Shown here one piece after another: positions 41,146 to 60,900 of a DNA stretch of 64,000 nucleotides. Positions within the stretch are counted from its first letter, which is position 1. Every line of letters begins with the position of its first letter. Both the position numbers and the translations under genes were made by a program. The notes under the pieces were generated by a model, which made no database searches, was not told the origin of the DNA, and saw only the letters and a list, made by a program, of their open reading frames with translations. The DNA lies in assembly GCF_009914755.1 (NCBI RefSeq), contig NC_060926.1; one strand, 5' to 3'. Source of the DNA: the human T2T-CHM13v2.0 reference genome, Homo sapiens.

Positions 41146-41980
41146 TAATTGGTGCATCCAAATTAATCCATGTCAAGTTTGCACACTATTGATGTCCAGC
41201 TCTGCTGTCATTTCAATTCTCTAAGAGACCTTTTTCTTCTTTATCTTTCTTAACTTCCTCCAAGAAAACCTTGCTAGAAATCAAGTCTGGCCAGTTTTGC
41301 TAGTTCTTGCCTTAAGTATAAGTGCTATCTTTAAAATCATAGAGTCCTGTGTGTGTGCTAGTCTGAGATGTTTTTAATTAGGCCAAAACATGTCTTAGCC
41401 TGAGAAAGTATCTGCATAATTCTAGATTTTAATATATAAGACAGCTAGCCAAGAGAATATTATATGTGGATTGTTGTTGTTGTTGTTAAACCTATTGAAA
41501 CTAACTTAACTTGATTCTCTATAAAAATCTTTCCTCTACCTCCTGAAATATTTTAATTAGATACTGCTCTGAGTATGCCAACAATCACTTGACATTCTGT
41601 TGTTTTTAGCTCGTGGTTACCTACATTTCTCTCCTATTTCTTCTCCTGTTACTCCCACCACTTACTACAACCCCAAAGAGCTTCTTTGTGCCTTGTTTTA
41701 TGTAATCAGGAAGAATGATTCTGCTCTGGTATGAAGGAGAATCATTCCAAATCTAACAAGAACCGTTCAGTTTTGAGAACCTGAGAAGGAGACCATTAGT
41801 CATAGTTTTGAGGACCATCAGTGCCAGACAGAGACCTCTTGTAGGAGCCCTTGCTGGAAGAAGTGAGGGCTTGTGTGAGGACTCAGGCAAGGGGGCGCCC
41901 AGGCTGCCCCTCCCTTGGCCAGATGTCCCCGCACCGTGCCACTGAGCTAGAAAGCCAGCACAGACTCTCTGTCTTCCTTA

Positions 41981-42355
<375 letters not shown>

Positions 42356-42434
42356 CACGGGGTTATAAATCATGGTGCAAGTCTATAGTACTATGGCTAT
42401 AGTACTATGGGTTCTCTATAACTCTTATACTTAG

Positions 42435-42770
<336 letters not shown>

Positions 42771-42802
42771 CCTGCCAGCCTTCTTTTGAAAACCTTTAAC
42801 TC

Positions 42803-42936
42803 AGCCAGGCATTGTGGTTCATACCTGTAATCCCTGTGCTCAAGCACTTTGGGAGGCTGAGGCGGGAGTATCACTTGAGCCCAGGAGTTCAAGACCAGCC
42901 TAAGCAACATAGTGAAACCTCATTTCTTAAAAAAAA
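42803..42936 (+). mobile_element. Alu monomer (FLAM-like)
   Basis: Left monomer with a small insertion. Confidence 0.85.
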
Positions 42937-43349
42937 TTAAAACCTGTCACTGGTTTCTGAGTGTGCTTTTATTTTGAGGATGTCCAGGGCCACTGGCCAG
43001 CTCTACCTGTGTGAAGTAGAAAAAGCCACCCTTCCCCATAGGCAGGAGAATACAGACTCATGCCAGGGTACTTGGCTTGTCTGGCGTGCTTACGTAGTAA
43101 TAGCCAGTGCAAATATGCATGTGGCTGCCTGGTGGCTATATCTGTGAGTGTGGTCGCAGGGTCACTCTAGTTTAGTAAATAGTTTGTCCTTGATGCCTCT
43201 TGATATTACTTCCAGAGAATGATAGCCAGGGAGTACAAGGAAGTTACAGGGCAGATAAGGCTGGTGATTATCACAAGCTCTTCAGAGAAAGGCCATAACG
43301 TGTGGAGAAAAACCACGGCCGCTCTTATCTTTGGTGTGTCTCGGCTTAA

Positions 43350-43712
<363 letters not shown>

Positions 43713-44089
43713 TGGTTTTTTTTCTTCTTACAAGTGACACTTATTTGTATTTGTGTGGTTATCTTATTTATTAACTATCTTTTCAAATATTTCTGTGAGG
43801 TGTTCGCCAATATATCCCTAACCCATAGCTGACTACTTGACACAGAGTTGGCACTTATTAGACATTTGTCAAATGAAGAAATGTCTTTAGCAGCGTCTGG
43901 CCATGGCAAGGCAGGGGAGTATGAAGGGAATCTAAAATAACAAGAGGACAGAGGGCGTGTGACAGCCCTTGTTCAGAGGGATAGAGTCTGTTTGATTTCC
44001 CGTGCCACAGGCTTTCTTCAATCCTGTCACCTTTTTCCAGATAGGAGTTGCTGAGCAGTTGATGTTTCATTGCTTGTTTTTAACTACCA

Positions 44090-44325
44090 TCCACTGAGAA
44101 TGTCAGGCACTGTGCTAAGGACTTCATTTACATACATTAAGTCATCCAACCTGCACAACAAGTACTCAATGAAGTATGTTTAATTATTATCCTATTTTAC
44201 AAATAAAGAAACAGTCTTGGAGGGTATGGGAGGGGAGGTGTTTGTGTGTGTGGTTATGTAACTAACACAATAAATGTCAATGCCAAGACTCAAACCCAGA
44301 TCTATCTGACCCCAAATTATGCACT
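44090..44325 (-). mobile_element. MIR
   Basis: aggcactgtgctaaggacttc...attatcctattttacaaataaagaaac...actcaaacccagatctatctgac. Confidence 0.75.
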
Positions 44326-44771
44326 CTTTTATTGCTTCAGGTCTTGTTTACTTTGTAAAATATGTGCTTTGGTTTCAGACCCTGAATTAATGCATTCTTA
44401 AACATTATATTGCCTTCACTTTGAACAAAGTGATATGAGGCAAGAGATTCATAATGCAAATGCCTAAGATCAACTTGTTTACCCGGCGTCTAACGGCCCA
44501 TCTACATTTGGTCTTTCTGGACTGTGACCTAATCTAGTAAATCTTGGCCTCCATATTCATTTCCTTATTTTGCTCTCTTCATTGGTGCTTGCTTCCCATA
44601 TTTCAGGCAAAGAGCCACTGCATAGTGACTACAGCCCCCGGACAGATGTAGGCTGTTTCTTACCCTAAGCAAGGCACAGGGGGTCTGGTTATATAGTTCA
44701 ACAGGGAACAATGCTTAGTCTTCCAAGTTGAGAAGTTTCTCTCTTTTTTTTTTTCACCTTAGAATTTAACT

Positions 44772-45055
44772 GGCCAGGTGTGGTGGCTAACACCTGTAAT
44801 TCCAGCACTTTGAGAGGCTGAGACGGGTGGATTGCTTGAGGTCAGGAGGTCTAGACCAGCCTGGACAACGTGACAAAACCCTGTCTCTACAAAAAATATA
44901 AAAATTAGCTGAGCGTGGTGGCACCTGTAGTCCCAGCTACTAGGGAGTCTGAGGTAGGAGGATCGCCTGAGCCTGGGGAGGTTAAGGCTGCAGTGAACCA
45001 TGACTGTGCTACTGCACTCTACCCTGAGTCACAGAGTGAGACCCTGTCTCAAAAT
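44772..45055 (+). mobile_element. Alu (J-like) with TA/CA tail
   Basis: Dimer followed by (TA)n(CA)n to 45112. Confidence 0.92.
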
Positions 45056-45112
45056 ATATATGCAATATATATATATACACACACACGTATATTTATACAT
45101 ATATATATATAT

Positions 45113-45545
45113 TCTGCAATGAACATGGGAATGCAGATACTTCTTTTACATACTGATTCCATTTTCTTTGAATATGCACCCAGTAGTGGGATTGCTGAAT
45201 CATACGGTAATTCTAGTTTCAGTGTAGAGGAACCTCTATACTGTTTTCCATCGTGGCTGTGTTCATTTACATTTCCACTATCAGCGCACTAGGGTTCCTT
45301 TTTCACCACACCCTTGCCGACAGTTATTATCTTTCATCTTTTTGATAATAGTAATTCTAAAAGGTGTGAGATGGTATATTATTGTGGTTTTAATTTGCAT
45401 TTCCCTGAGGATTAATGATGCTGAGTATTTTTATATGTATCTGTTGGCCATCTGCTTGTTTTCTTTTGAGAAATGTATTTAGGTCCTTTTGCCGGTTTTT
45501 TGATGAGGTTAATTGTTTTCTTGCTATTGAGTTGTTTGAGTTAGG
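45113..45545 (-). mobile_element. L1MA/L1PB-like fragment
   Basis: cccagtagtgggattgctgaatcatacggtaattcta...tgagatggtatattattgtggttttaatttgcatttccctg. Confidence 0.85.
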
Positions 45546-46464
45546 AGGTGGTATTTGATATCATTTCAATTAAGAATCCCTCCAGACCATACCTTCCTTG
45601 AAGATGCCGCATATGGTTGTATCAGGATTCACCGGTTTCTCTTTTGGGCATTACTTCTCTCCCACCCACCCTCTCATCCCACTTTCCTTGCCCAAAGAAG
45701 AAAGAAATGGGAAGAAAAATGCTTTTCTTTGTCTTCAAATGCAAAAGGTATTTTTTGTCCTAGGGCCAATAAGGTCAACAAAGTAAGCATGAAATATTAT
45801 ACTCAGGGTAGGAGCATAATGCATGCTATGAGAAAGGATACAAACCCTGCAAGATTTCAAAGGGATCTTTCACAGGGAGAAAAAGAAAAAAGTTGAGGTT
45901 GGTTGGGTGGGGATATGATTTAAAGAAGAGGAAAAGCCAGACTCTGTATTGTGTGTGTTGCCAGTTTGCTATAGTCATGGTATTGTAAAACAAATCAGTC
46001 CAAAAGACCTTGTTTTATTTATGTAATCAAGTAATCACAGTGTCTCTGAAACTTTTAGATGCAAGCACAGAAATAGAAGTATTTATGAAGTCAGACTTGC
46101 AATTGCCAGGAAGTAGTAAAGAATGCCAATGTAATTTCTGCTACCTGTGTAAGTCCTAAGGGAAATATGAGCTCATGAATACATATATAGAGATCATTAC
46201 AAGGCTGAATTAAAATACATTAAATAGAAAAGTGGGCATAATCCCCTGAGGATATTCAACATAAAAGGAATAGCTGAAGAACAACCTGAAGCTTTAAAAA
46301 TAGGGGAATCTAAGATCCTCACTGGCTGGAGAAAACAGTTACTACACACCCTTCCAGGAAAACACTTTATATAAAGTTTGGTGTTTGAAAGCCTTAGCTG
46401 ATCTAAATGAATGCAAATTTAAGAGGAGGGGCTTGCTTTATCCTTCTATTTGTGGTCTCCACAG

Positions 46465-46562
46465 CCCCTGGACCTGAGAGGCTTCAATAATTGTTACCTG
46501 AGTTGGATTGAATTGAAATAAAGAAGTAAAGATCCTATATCATCTACTGAAATCTTTAAAGG
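46465..46562 (+). other. Candidate non-coding internal exon (98 nt)
   Basis: Acceptor tccttctatttgtggtctccacag| and donor AGG|gtaagt; stops in all three frames and no ATG. Confidence 0.45.
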
Positions 46563-48572
46563 GTAAGTTTCTTTCTTTTTTTTTTTTTTTAACCATTTGT
46601 TAAATGGTATAGTATATACTATTGGTTAAACAGTTGGACATTTCTTTTAGTAGTTGATTTTTGGGTAACAATGTCTTCAGTCATCCTGGAGTCATTCTGA
46701 GAGTGACAGACATGCCCTCCATCCACACACCAGAAGTGTCATATTTAGGGAGTGTGCCATTCAGTAAATCTTTGGTGTGTTACTAAATGGACATCAACAG
46801 GGGACTCAATGGGGACCAAAAGTAAATTTTAAAGACCTTAAAACAGAATGAAGTGGCTACCAATTAAAAGGAAGAAATATGTAGATTCATACAAAGGAAT
46901 AGAAAAAAAAAATGCGACTTAAAACTGAGAGAATGCTGAGACAATGACAAGCATTAAAAATGGAGAAGCAGGAACAAGAAGGAAATTTATGTGCCCAAAC
47001 AGATTGGTTTAAGAAGTATAATGTGGACCAAAGGCTGTATGCAAAAGTAACTCAAAATGATTGAAAAGAGATGCCCCCTCCCCAAATTTAGTCAACATAA
47101 GACATTCCTTTTGATAGAAAATGACCACTCTAAAAAATGTTGAAAGGAGAATCACAAAAGTAAACAATAAGAGGAAACATTTTTGAATAATGGAGGAAAA
47201 AAATTACAGTGCATAGGTACACATTATTAACATTTCAGGAATGTCTGTTTACTGCAATAACGTATCATGAAGAAAGTAATGAAGACAAGGTCTTGAAAGG
47301 AAGAAACACTGGGTGTTGTTTTTCTTTTTCTTATCATCTCAAAACTGGACTTAACCAAATATATTGGGATGGAGATTAACTACTTATGAGTAGATTTAGA
47401 ATCACAACCAAACTCATCCTTAGATAATTCTGAAGCACGAATACAACCACCACAAACTTGAAAACCTGGATAATTCTACCAGAAAGCCAAATAAGCATTC
47501 ATTATTGAAAGAAGCCATTTTTATTCTATGAAGTAATTTAAAATTCTGAGTTACTTACCTTCAGGCAAGCTCAGAATTTTAATAGTAAGAAGAAAATAAC
47601 AAAGCACACCACCTTGGAAATCTGCGTGTCTTTAACTACAAAGAATCATTGACAACACAGAAACGAAAGGCCTAGGTACAGTTCTCTGAGTGAGAAATTA
47701 TGATTGAATTTAAAAGTAAATAAGCTAGTTCAGACTATAATTTTCATGAAAAAATAAGGCATTAAGAATTTAAATCTTTTTCAGAACTTTTATTCCACAC
47801 AAAGAAAGTAAAATGGGGGAGAAGCGCAGTAAATAAAGTTTTCAGTCAGCTTTTGGATTTTTTGGTGTAAAGAACTGGTTATGAGGGTATAAATTTACTA
47901 ACAGTTAGATTTTAGTCTGCTCATTTAGGTTTCATCTTGTATAAGCAGAACATCTTGTATTTGCATGTTTTTGTTTTTTGAAGTGATTTTGTATTTAGGA
48001 TCAGTTATGCCATGAAAGGCTTTATTCTTCCTTTCTTGTTAATTGTGGAATAACAAACATTAACCAATTTGCTTTTAGGCTAAAGACAGGCAAATGCAAT
48101 TCAGTACCCAGCTTTAAAAATTCTTTTGGTTATGTTATCATTTGGCGTTCTAACCATCCTTTGCACTGACTTCACTTTTTACTGCATCGTCTTAAATGTG
48201 TAAATTTTATTTTTTTGCATGTTTGAATCCATAAGGACAATGATGTAGATGCTTATACATGCTTTGAGAAAATTTATGTATTGTGTGTATGTTTGTAATT
48301 TATTTTAAAAATCAACATCTATCCCATGAGCACCTATTTGGAAGTATGCATCTAATACATCAAGGCACACTCTATGTTACGCCAAAAGAAGAGTAATCAA
48401 CCTTTGCCCTCAAGGAGGTTACCATCTATTTTAGCTGATTTAATATATCATGTATGTTCTGTCATAGGATAAAAGAACAATTTAGCTTTGTGTGTGTTGA
48501 GTAAGAATCTTGTCTGAGCAACAGTAAGATAAAATGGTTTTGGAGTTAGGTGAATCTGAGCTTGAAACCTAG

Positions 48573-48908
<336 letters not shown>

Positions 48909-50391
48909 CTTTTGTTCTTTGAAGTCTGAGATTTCAACTTATAAAATGAAGATACTAACTTTTAGCTTATAGAGGTGTCATGAGGGCTAAGTGCAGTAAT
49001 GTATACAAAACACCTAATACATAGGCCCTAAGTTTTTAATTATCTTCCCTCATACATATTATTTAAATGAAATGTTCAGGTTTAGCATTGTCCATTATTG
49101 TCTCTATTCATTTTGGTCTAGGATTTCTAAATCAATTTCATAAATGCAGCCAGGCTATAATTGGCAGCACTTTTGAGTAGTGAATGAGACAGTGAGCTAG
49201 TGTTAAAATTTCAGACGGGAGGTAGGAATGCCAGATCATGAAGCTCAAGGCCCAAGCTGAAGCCTTCTAAACATTCATCACCAGCCACAGCCTCTACTGT
49301 CTGAAATAACCTCCCACGGCTGGGGAGTACCCAGAGGGAGAATAGGAGAAAAGCCTTCATCGTGTGCCTAAAAAGCCTGGAAAAAAGAAAAGTGGCTACG
49401 AAGGCAGGGATTTGTTTTGCAATAGCTTTTTAAAAAAGAAGAGCACATAAATGATATCAAAAGAGTTTCACTAGAAATAAACACTAGGGCTTCTCATCCT
49501 TCTACTCCTGATCTACCAGATCAAGCTGTTGGTTTTTCCCAGAAAGAACACAAAGGAAAGTCCAACCAAATGTACATCATTCATACCTGGATGGTACTTC
49601 TGCCCACAGTCTTCCCTCTTGTTGAGCAATATAGAAAGTAAGCTTGAGGCCAAACTTTAATTCTCTACTTGAAACCCAGATGATCGATTTCCTCTTTGTC
49701 CTCTCGGTCACTTAGCAGCCATCTCCCTCAAAAGAAAATCGGAGTACCCCCTACAACTTCTGAGGAGACACCAAACAATTCTAAAGTGTAACTGAAGTCC
49801 CCCAAACCTCCTAGTTTTGGGGGTGTTTTATCATTCTTTACTTTCCCTCCTATGCCTAATGAGAGAAGGAACTTTAAAAGAAAAACAAGTTGCTCATTCT
49901 TTCAACCCCTGGGGAAGGGGGTTATTTCTCTGTACTTTTTAAAGCGGGAATTCTCTTTCTTGAGAATTCCACTTTGTTGAACCTGTTGGCATTTTGGTGG
50001 CGGCTTTCTAACTTGGACTTTTTTCCCTCTATTGTGAATTTTTCTTTAATTTCATTATTGAAATTTTAAATTGTGGAACAACCTAGATACAGGAAAGTGT
50101 GCAAATCATATTATACCTCAATGAATGTTTATGCATTGATATACCTGTATACTTCACTCAACTCAAGATCTAGCACATTTTTAGCCCACAGAAGGCTCCT
50201 GGGGCCCTTTCCCAACCAATAACTCCTCCCTGGTAAACTCTGCTATTACCTTCATGTGAATGGAACCATAAACTATGTACTTTCATGTGTCAGTAATTTG
50301 TTATTTTGTTTCATAGTATTCCATGGCATGAATGTACCACAACATATCCTTCCCTGTTGATGAATCTTTTTATTGATGAATATTGCTATTA

Positions 50392-50749
<358 letters not shown>

Positions 50750-51374
50750 TTAGAAAAGAGAGAGAAAGAGAGGGAAGGAGAAAAGGAGGGAGGGAGGATG
50801 GGAAAATGTGTAGGCATGTTAGTATAAAATTTTAAATTAATAATTCCCATTTTATGGAGATATCTGATCATCTTAATTTGCAATGGCTAAATAAGTAATG
50901 CTTACATGATTATAGACTTCTTTTCCTCACTTTTGGAAACACTTTATGCCCTCTGGAAATTCTTTTAAAAAACTTTGTTGTATCCCTTTAAAAAGTGATA
51001 AAATCATAGTGTCTAGTGCAAATTTTAGGGCAAAGTTCAGTAGGTAATTTGGTTGACTTTAAGTATTTTTCTGAAAGGCTTTTTTTGTTGTTGCTTTGTT
51101 TGTTGTTTAACTTGATGAAGACTCCAAACTGTTGAATGAATCTCAGGGAGGCTGAGAAACACAGTAAAATGTATCTTTAAGTATTCACTATGGTTTGTGC
51201 ACTATGACAAGCCATCTCCATTGCTGACTCTTATGTTTTGATTCCTTATTTCATTTCCTTAAATGTCTCTGCTTTTGTTGTTACTTTATTTTGCTTCCTC
51301 AAATGCAGAGTAATTAGACATTCAAGTTTTTTGTTGAGCCCTAGAATCTATTACATTAATAAATTAACTAGTTA

Positions 51375-51862
<488 letters not shown>

Positions 51863-52606
51863 CCAACACTGTCCCTTTTCAATTTTTGTATATAGATCAT
51901 CTAGGAAACTAGTTAAAATAATCTGTACATAGCAAGTTATTTGCCCAGTAGTTTATTTTTTTATTACAGAGATCTTAATTTCTTTCATTAAGATTAAGGA
52001 TAGTCTTTTAAACTGTGTGTTCATTTTGGGAATGTCAGCTTATTTTTAATTGTGTTGTTTGTTTACTTATAGTAAAAATGCATATTCTTTATCACATCAT
52101 TGTTCAATGTTTGATATCATAGTACAGTCATTTCCAATAAAGTTTATGCCAAATGAAGTTTGAGAAGCCTTATGATAAATCAAATTATTTCAAGCCACAG
52201 AACCTGTTAAAAGTAGCCACTTGGTAGTGCAAAATAAATTGAAAGTGATATGAAAATAGTGACAAATGGCTGTGCAAACATGGCAAGCCAAGTTCTGGAC
52301 ATTAGCCCTTCAACCAAAAAAAAGGTTAATCTAAGGAAAAAATACAAATGACTTTTCAATTTCTAGTTTTTAACATTCATATTAGAAGATTAAAATATAG
52401 TTCGAGTTTGTCTATGACTTTCCCTCTAGCATTTAGGGCTGGTAGAGTGGAGCTTCTAAGATGAGTGTTTTGCCCCATCACCCACGTGCTGGAAGCAGTT
52501 TTATTTCAAGATGGAATAGAAACTCTACAGGCCAAAGTTGAGAGGAAAAAGATAAATATTTGTGTTGATGAGTGGTGACCATAGAAATACTTCTATATAA
52601 GTATAT

Positions 52607-52954
<348 letters not shown>

Positions 52955-55106
52955 CTATTTTGAGTTTTCTTGACACACATTAGCAGCTCCATCTGGGAAG
53001 TCACATTTCTCTGTCTCAACTAAATTCCAAGGCCAACTTTCAGGCTTTCCTTAAAATGTGCTTTGTATTATACTGCCAGGGAATAGTCCTGGCTCTACAG
53101 CCCTCCCTCAGAAAGGTTGAAGTGATAAATTGTAAATTGAGATTCTCTTGGTGGGGGGAACCCTAGCTAGAGCTGGTTTTGAATTCCTGCAATAGTGTTT
53201 AACCTGTTCAAGGTTCTCATTCAACTTTACAACTGGCTCAGTGTGAGGGAGAAGGAAAAACCTGTTGATACAGCTCCTTTAAGTGCTATGGGTTTCAAAA
53301 CAACTCTCCAGATAGCAAGCATTCCTGTGGTGGGAGGCAGCGGATGAGTGGAAAACCTTTCCCATTCATTCAAAGAAGGGAAAGAGACTGAACTTACTCC
53401 CAACAGGTGAAGTTAAGCACGTCCTGTAAGTGAATTGATTTGTTGTATAAATCAAAGTTCTGTTCATAGGGACCATCAACAATGTTCTCTGACCTGGCAC
53501 CCTTCTGTTCCCCCACCCCACCCTTCTATCCTCCTAGATAACTACTGGGAAAATATGTCTTTCTCGGAGATGCCTTTCTTCCTCCTTGATGATAGTAATC
53601 ATTTTTCTCTTTTTAGCTCAAAAGGAGAATTTTTTTTCCTTTGTCATGTCTGTGTGCCTTGCCTATCTAATACAGTACATTGTTTCTCATTTCCTTTGTT
53701 ACTATGCTTGTGCATGTCTCAAAAACAAATGTGAACTTTTTGTCCAAACAAAGTAAGTGCATGCTTTATAAAATTACAAAGGAATGGTACAGCTGTTCTC
53801 TGATTATATTCTTAGAGTGTTTAAAATTTTGAAAGTGCTTAGGAGTTTCTTTTTAAAAATCTGTCAACAAACTTCTTACAGAAACCTATTTTGTGAAGTG
53901 TTTTATTTTTGCTCCTATGAATTGTATATAAAAATACCTAATGTGTTTTAGTAGTAATAATGCATAGTTTAATAAAGTGGAAGTTCAACAGATTAAAGCT
54001 TTTAGACTGTCTTTTTCATCTGCAATTAATCAATTACATTTAACCACAGAAGTGATTTTATATAGCATTTCAGCAGAGGTAGATAAAAACATTACCCAGT
54101 GCAACAAATTAACCTAAAAAAGAATAATAGATCATATAAGGATTATAGGAGCAAGAGAAAATGGTTGCTAATATTTATTATTCTTTGAAAGCCACAACTA
54201 TTTTCCGTTTAAATTTTGTAACTGTTGTCAAACTTATTAGCAATGTGGAGAAAGGAATCTTCGGTGGTGTATTTTCACCTGTTCTGTCCCTACCTTTGTT
54301 CTGTCTCCAATCTCAGTGGTCCTTCGGGTCCTTCATATTCAGACAAAGTTACTGAGCTGTTGACAGTCTCTAGTCTCTAGTTGGATGGATGAGCTGCTCT
54401 GAGTCATCCACACTTTTATCTTGTGAGATCATTCATTCTATGAGCAATGACATCAATTTTCCAGAAGGCTGGCTGGCTGGGAATAAAGATAAAGGCCATG
54501 ACTACAGAAGGAATTAAGTTAAAGGGCTTGGAATAGCATCTGATACATAGTAGGAGCTTGAGAAGTATTTGCTGCTTAAAAGTCTTCAACTGTTTTACTT
54601 TGCACCAGTTATACATCTAACCAGATCATGATGGAGCAAGTTTTCATTTTTGTTTGTATTGTAATTATAATCCTGGCTTTAAAAATATTGAGTGAATTTT
54701 CGGTGCCAAAATTAAGCATGTAAGCTCTACTTTTGCATTCCGAGCCCTCCACACTTTTATGGATTCATTTCCAATATTCAATTTCCTGTACATTTTGCTT
54801 AAGGAACTTGTAGAGAAGAATTGCTCATCTGGTAGCGCTCCACAACCCTTACCCACTTTGAGCAGTGTCACATACTAAACTTTGACATAAAATATTGCTG
54901 GCAGAGATGTTTTGGCTTTTGGTATTAATGTTAATATCAAAAAACCCCCTTAAAACACTTTCACTCTAAAAGAACTTAAGCTTTAGACAAACTCTGCTAA
55001 TTCACCATTTTCTCCCCCACAAACTGGGAAGCCTCAGTTATCTTTTGATGACTTGAAACTGATTTCAATTATTTGTGTTATTGCCAGCAATATAAATGAA
55101 AAAAAT

Positions 55107-55405
55107 AGTCAGGCATGGTGGCTTAGGACTGTTATCCTGGCACTTTGGGAGGCTGAGGTGGCAGGATCACTTGAGTCCAGGAGTTTGAGACCAACCTAGG
55201 CAACATAGCAAGACCCTGCTACAAAAAATAAAATATTAGCTGGACATGGTGGTGTGTGCCTTGTGGTCCTAGCTACTCGAGAGGCTGAGGTGGAAGGATC
55301 ACCTGAGCCTGGGAGGTCAAAGCTACAGTGAGCCGTGATTGTGACCATGTCAGTATACTCAGCCCGGGGAACAGTGAGACCTTGTCTCAAAAAGCAACAA
55401 AAAAA
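55107..55405 (+). mobile_element. Alu (J-like)
   Basis: Diverged dimer. Confidence 0.9.
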
Positions 55406-55496
55406 GGGAAAATAGAGGGGGTCTGGTTTCCCTCATAGAAGTACTAGATAGATACTGGGTAGTGAATGTTTGTTCCCTCAGAGGAGGATAAAGTTC

Positions 55497-55960
55497 TCTA
55501 GAGCAGAACTTCACAAACTGTAGTGTAGGTGAGAATCACTGGAGATATCATCACAATGCAGTTTCTGATTGGGTAGGTTCAGAGTGAGGCTTGGGAATAT
55601 GCATTTTTAACAAATCTCCAGGTAATGAAGATGTTGCTGGTCCACACTGAAATCACCTGGGGCAGTTTTTGTTTGTTTTATAGACAGGGTCTGGCTATTG
55701 CTGCTCAGGCTGGTTTCTAACTCCTGTCTTCAGGCAATCCTCCCACCTCAACCTCCCAAAGTGCTGGGAGTATAGGTGTGAGCCACTATGACCGGCCATC
55801 TGGCCAGTTTTTTAAAAATATACAGGTGTTTAGTTTCTACTCTCACCCCATCCCACCTCCCTGGATTCTGATTTAGTTGGCTTGGGTTATGGCCTGAGTA
55901 CGGGGACTTTTTAAATTTCGCAGATGATGGTAATGTGCAGTCAAGTTTAAGAACCTCTAG
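55497..55960 (+). mobile_element. MER5-family fossils with a minus-strand FLAM (55672-55797) inserted
   Basis: gaatcactggaga...ttctgattgggtaggt...atgcatttttaacaaatctccaggtaatg and ttctgatttagttgg...ttaagaacctct. Confidence 0.65.
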
Positions 55961-56315
55961 ATTCATTTATCTCCGTTTCCTCTTGGCAGTCCATTCACTT
56001 ACAGACATTACTTGCCTGGCCCCTAGAGACATGTGATTTTCTGAATTAAATACCTTGCCCTTTCTTAAGGAAATCACACTAGTCTTTCAAAACCCTTTTT
56101 CAAATACCACTGCATTCTTCAGATATATAATACATTTAAAAAATTATTCTAACATTACAAAATTCTACTTCGCTCTAAATCCTATACAACTTTGCTTATA
56201 ATTCCTATGGCAGTGACCACATTCTGCTTTCTAATTATGTGTATTTATCTTAACCTCCTTGATTGATAAACTACCTAAAGGCAGAGATTGTCTCACCTCT
56301 TTTTATGTTTCCTAG

Positions 56316-57242
<927 letters not shown>

Positions 57243-57620
57243 GGAAAATCTTTTGTTAAAGAGCCATTGATGTTTTCCTTCTGTAAACTACCTGTTTTGT
57301 TGTTGTGTTGTTAGTTGCTGGCCTATCAGTTTTTGTCTTATACGAAGTTTTGCTTTTGATAGTTAAACTTACCAATATTTTACATTATGATTTCAGGATT
57401 TTGAGACATAGTTACAAAGTCCTTTTTTACTCCAAGACTATAAATGAATTCTTCGATAGTGCATTATAGGACATTTACAGCTCCACCTTTTTACTTTTAA
57501 GTATTTGATCTTTCATATATATTTCATATATGATATAAGGCATGGATCAAAAAAATTTTTTTGCATGCCCATTTGCTGTCCAAATATCTTTTTAAAAATT
57601 ATTTTTTAAAAGTTAACTGA

Positions 57621-58822
<1,202 letters not shown>

Positions 58823-59148
58823 TTAAATATTCAATCTGTATAGCTAGATGGATAGCTAATATTTTACATAGGTGTTGTCATTACCTCCGCTTCATGGTAG
58901 GCATGGCCAATTTTTCATGGCACTTTTCCTTACAATATATTGTTTTATGCAGCAACTTTCAATTAATAAAAATAAACACATTTGCTATCCTGGTGTAGAA
59001 TTTGGTTTAGAAGGAATGATAGCAAGAGATATGTCTGAAATGGCAGGTGATATCAGGGTCCTGAATGCATATTAAGCAATAGAGACAATGTGAATTTTTT
59101 TAAGGTAAAAAATGGCATGATAATACATGTGTTAAGAGAAAGGAAAGA

Positions 59149-59597
<449 letters not shown>

Positions 59598-60143
59598 TCA
59601 ACAGGACATGTCAGAATTAAACTCAGCAGGACTTGGAAACCAATTAGCTATAGGTAGTAAAAGAGAATGTAATAAAATTGATTGACCTTTCTAGCTTGTG
59701 CATGTGGTGCTGCTGAGAATCCAGAAGAATCCAGACTGAGGAGTTAGCAGAAGGAACAAGTTTGGGGATGGAGAGATACTGATAAAAGAATGAGTGTGGT
59801 TTTCGGTTTCAGATATCAATACTATATTTGGAGTGCTTGCATTTGCCTAACACAGGGCTGAGGTGTGATGTGCCTAGCTATGGTGTGTTTAGAAATAAAG
59901 AGAAAATGTAATGCTGATGTACACGAGGAATGTACTCAAGGAAGGAAATTGCAAATGCAGAAGCTATAGAATGACAAATTAGATCTGTGAATTCCCAATG
60001 TAAAAGATAACTACTTCAGCAATGGTGAGACAGAATGAACTTGCAAATGGAGCATGTAATGAAAATAAAAAAAGAAAAAAAAACTAAACTAAAGCTGACA
60101 CAAGTCTGAGTAAGATGGAATAGGAAGCATGAGGTGGTCTTAG

Positions 60144-60900
<757 letters not shown>

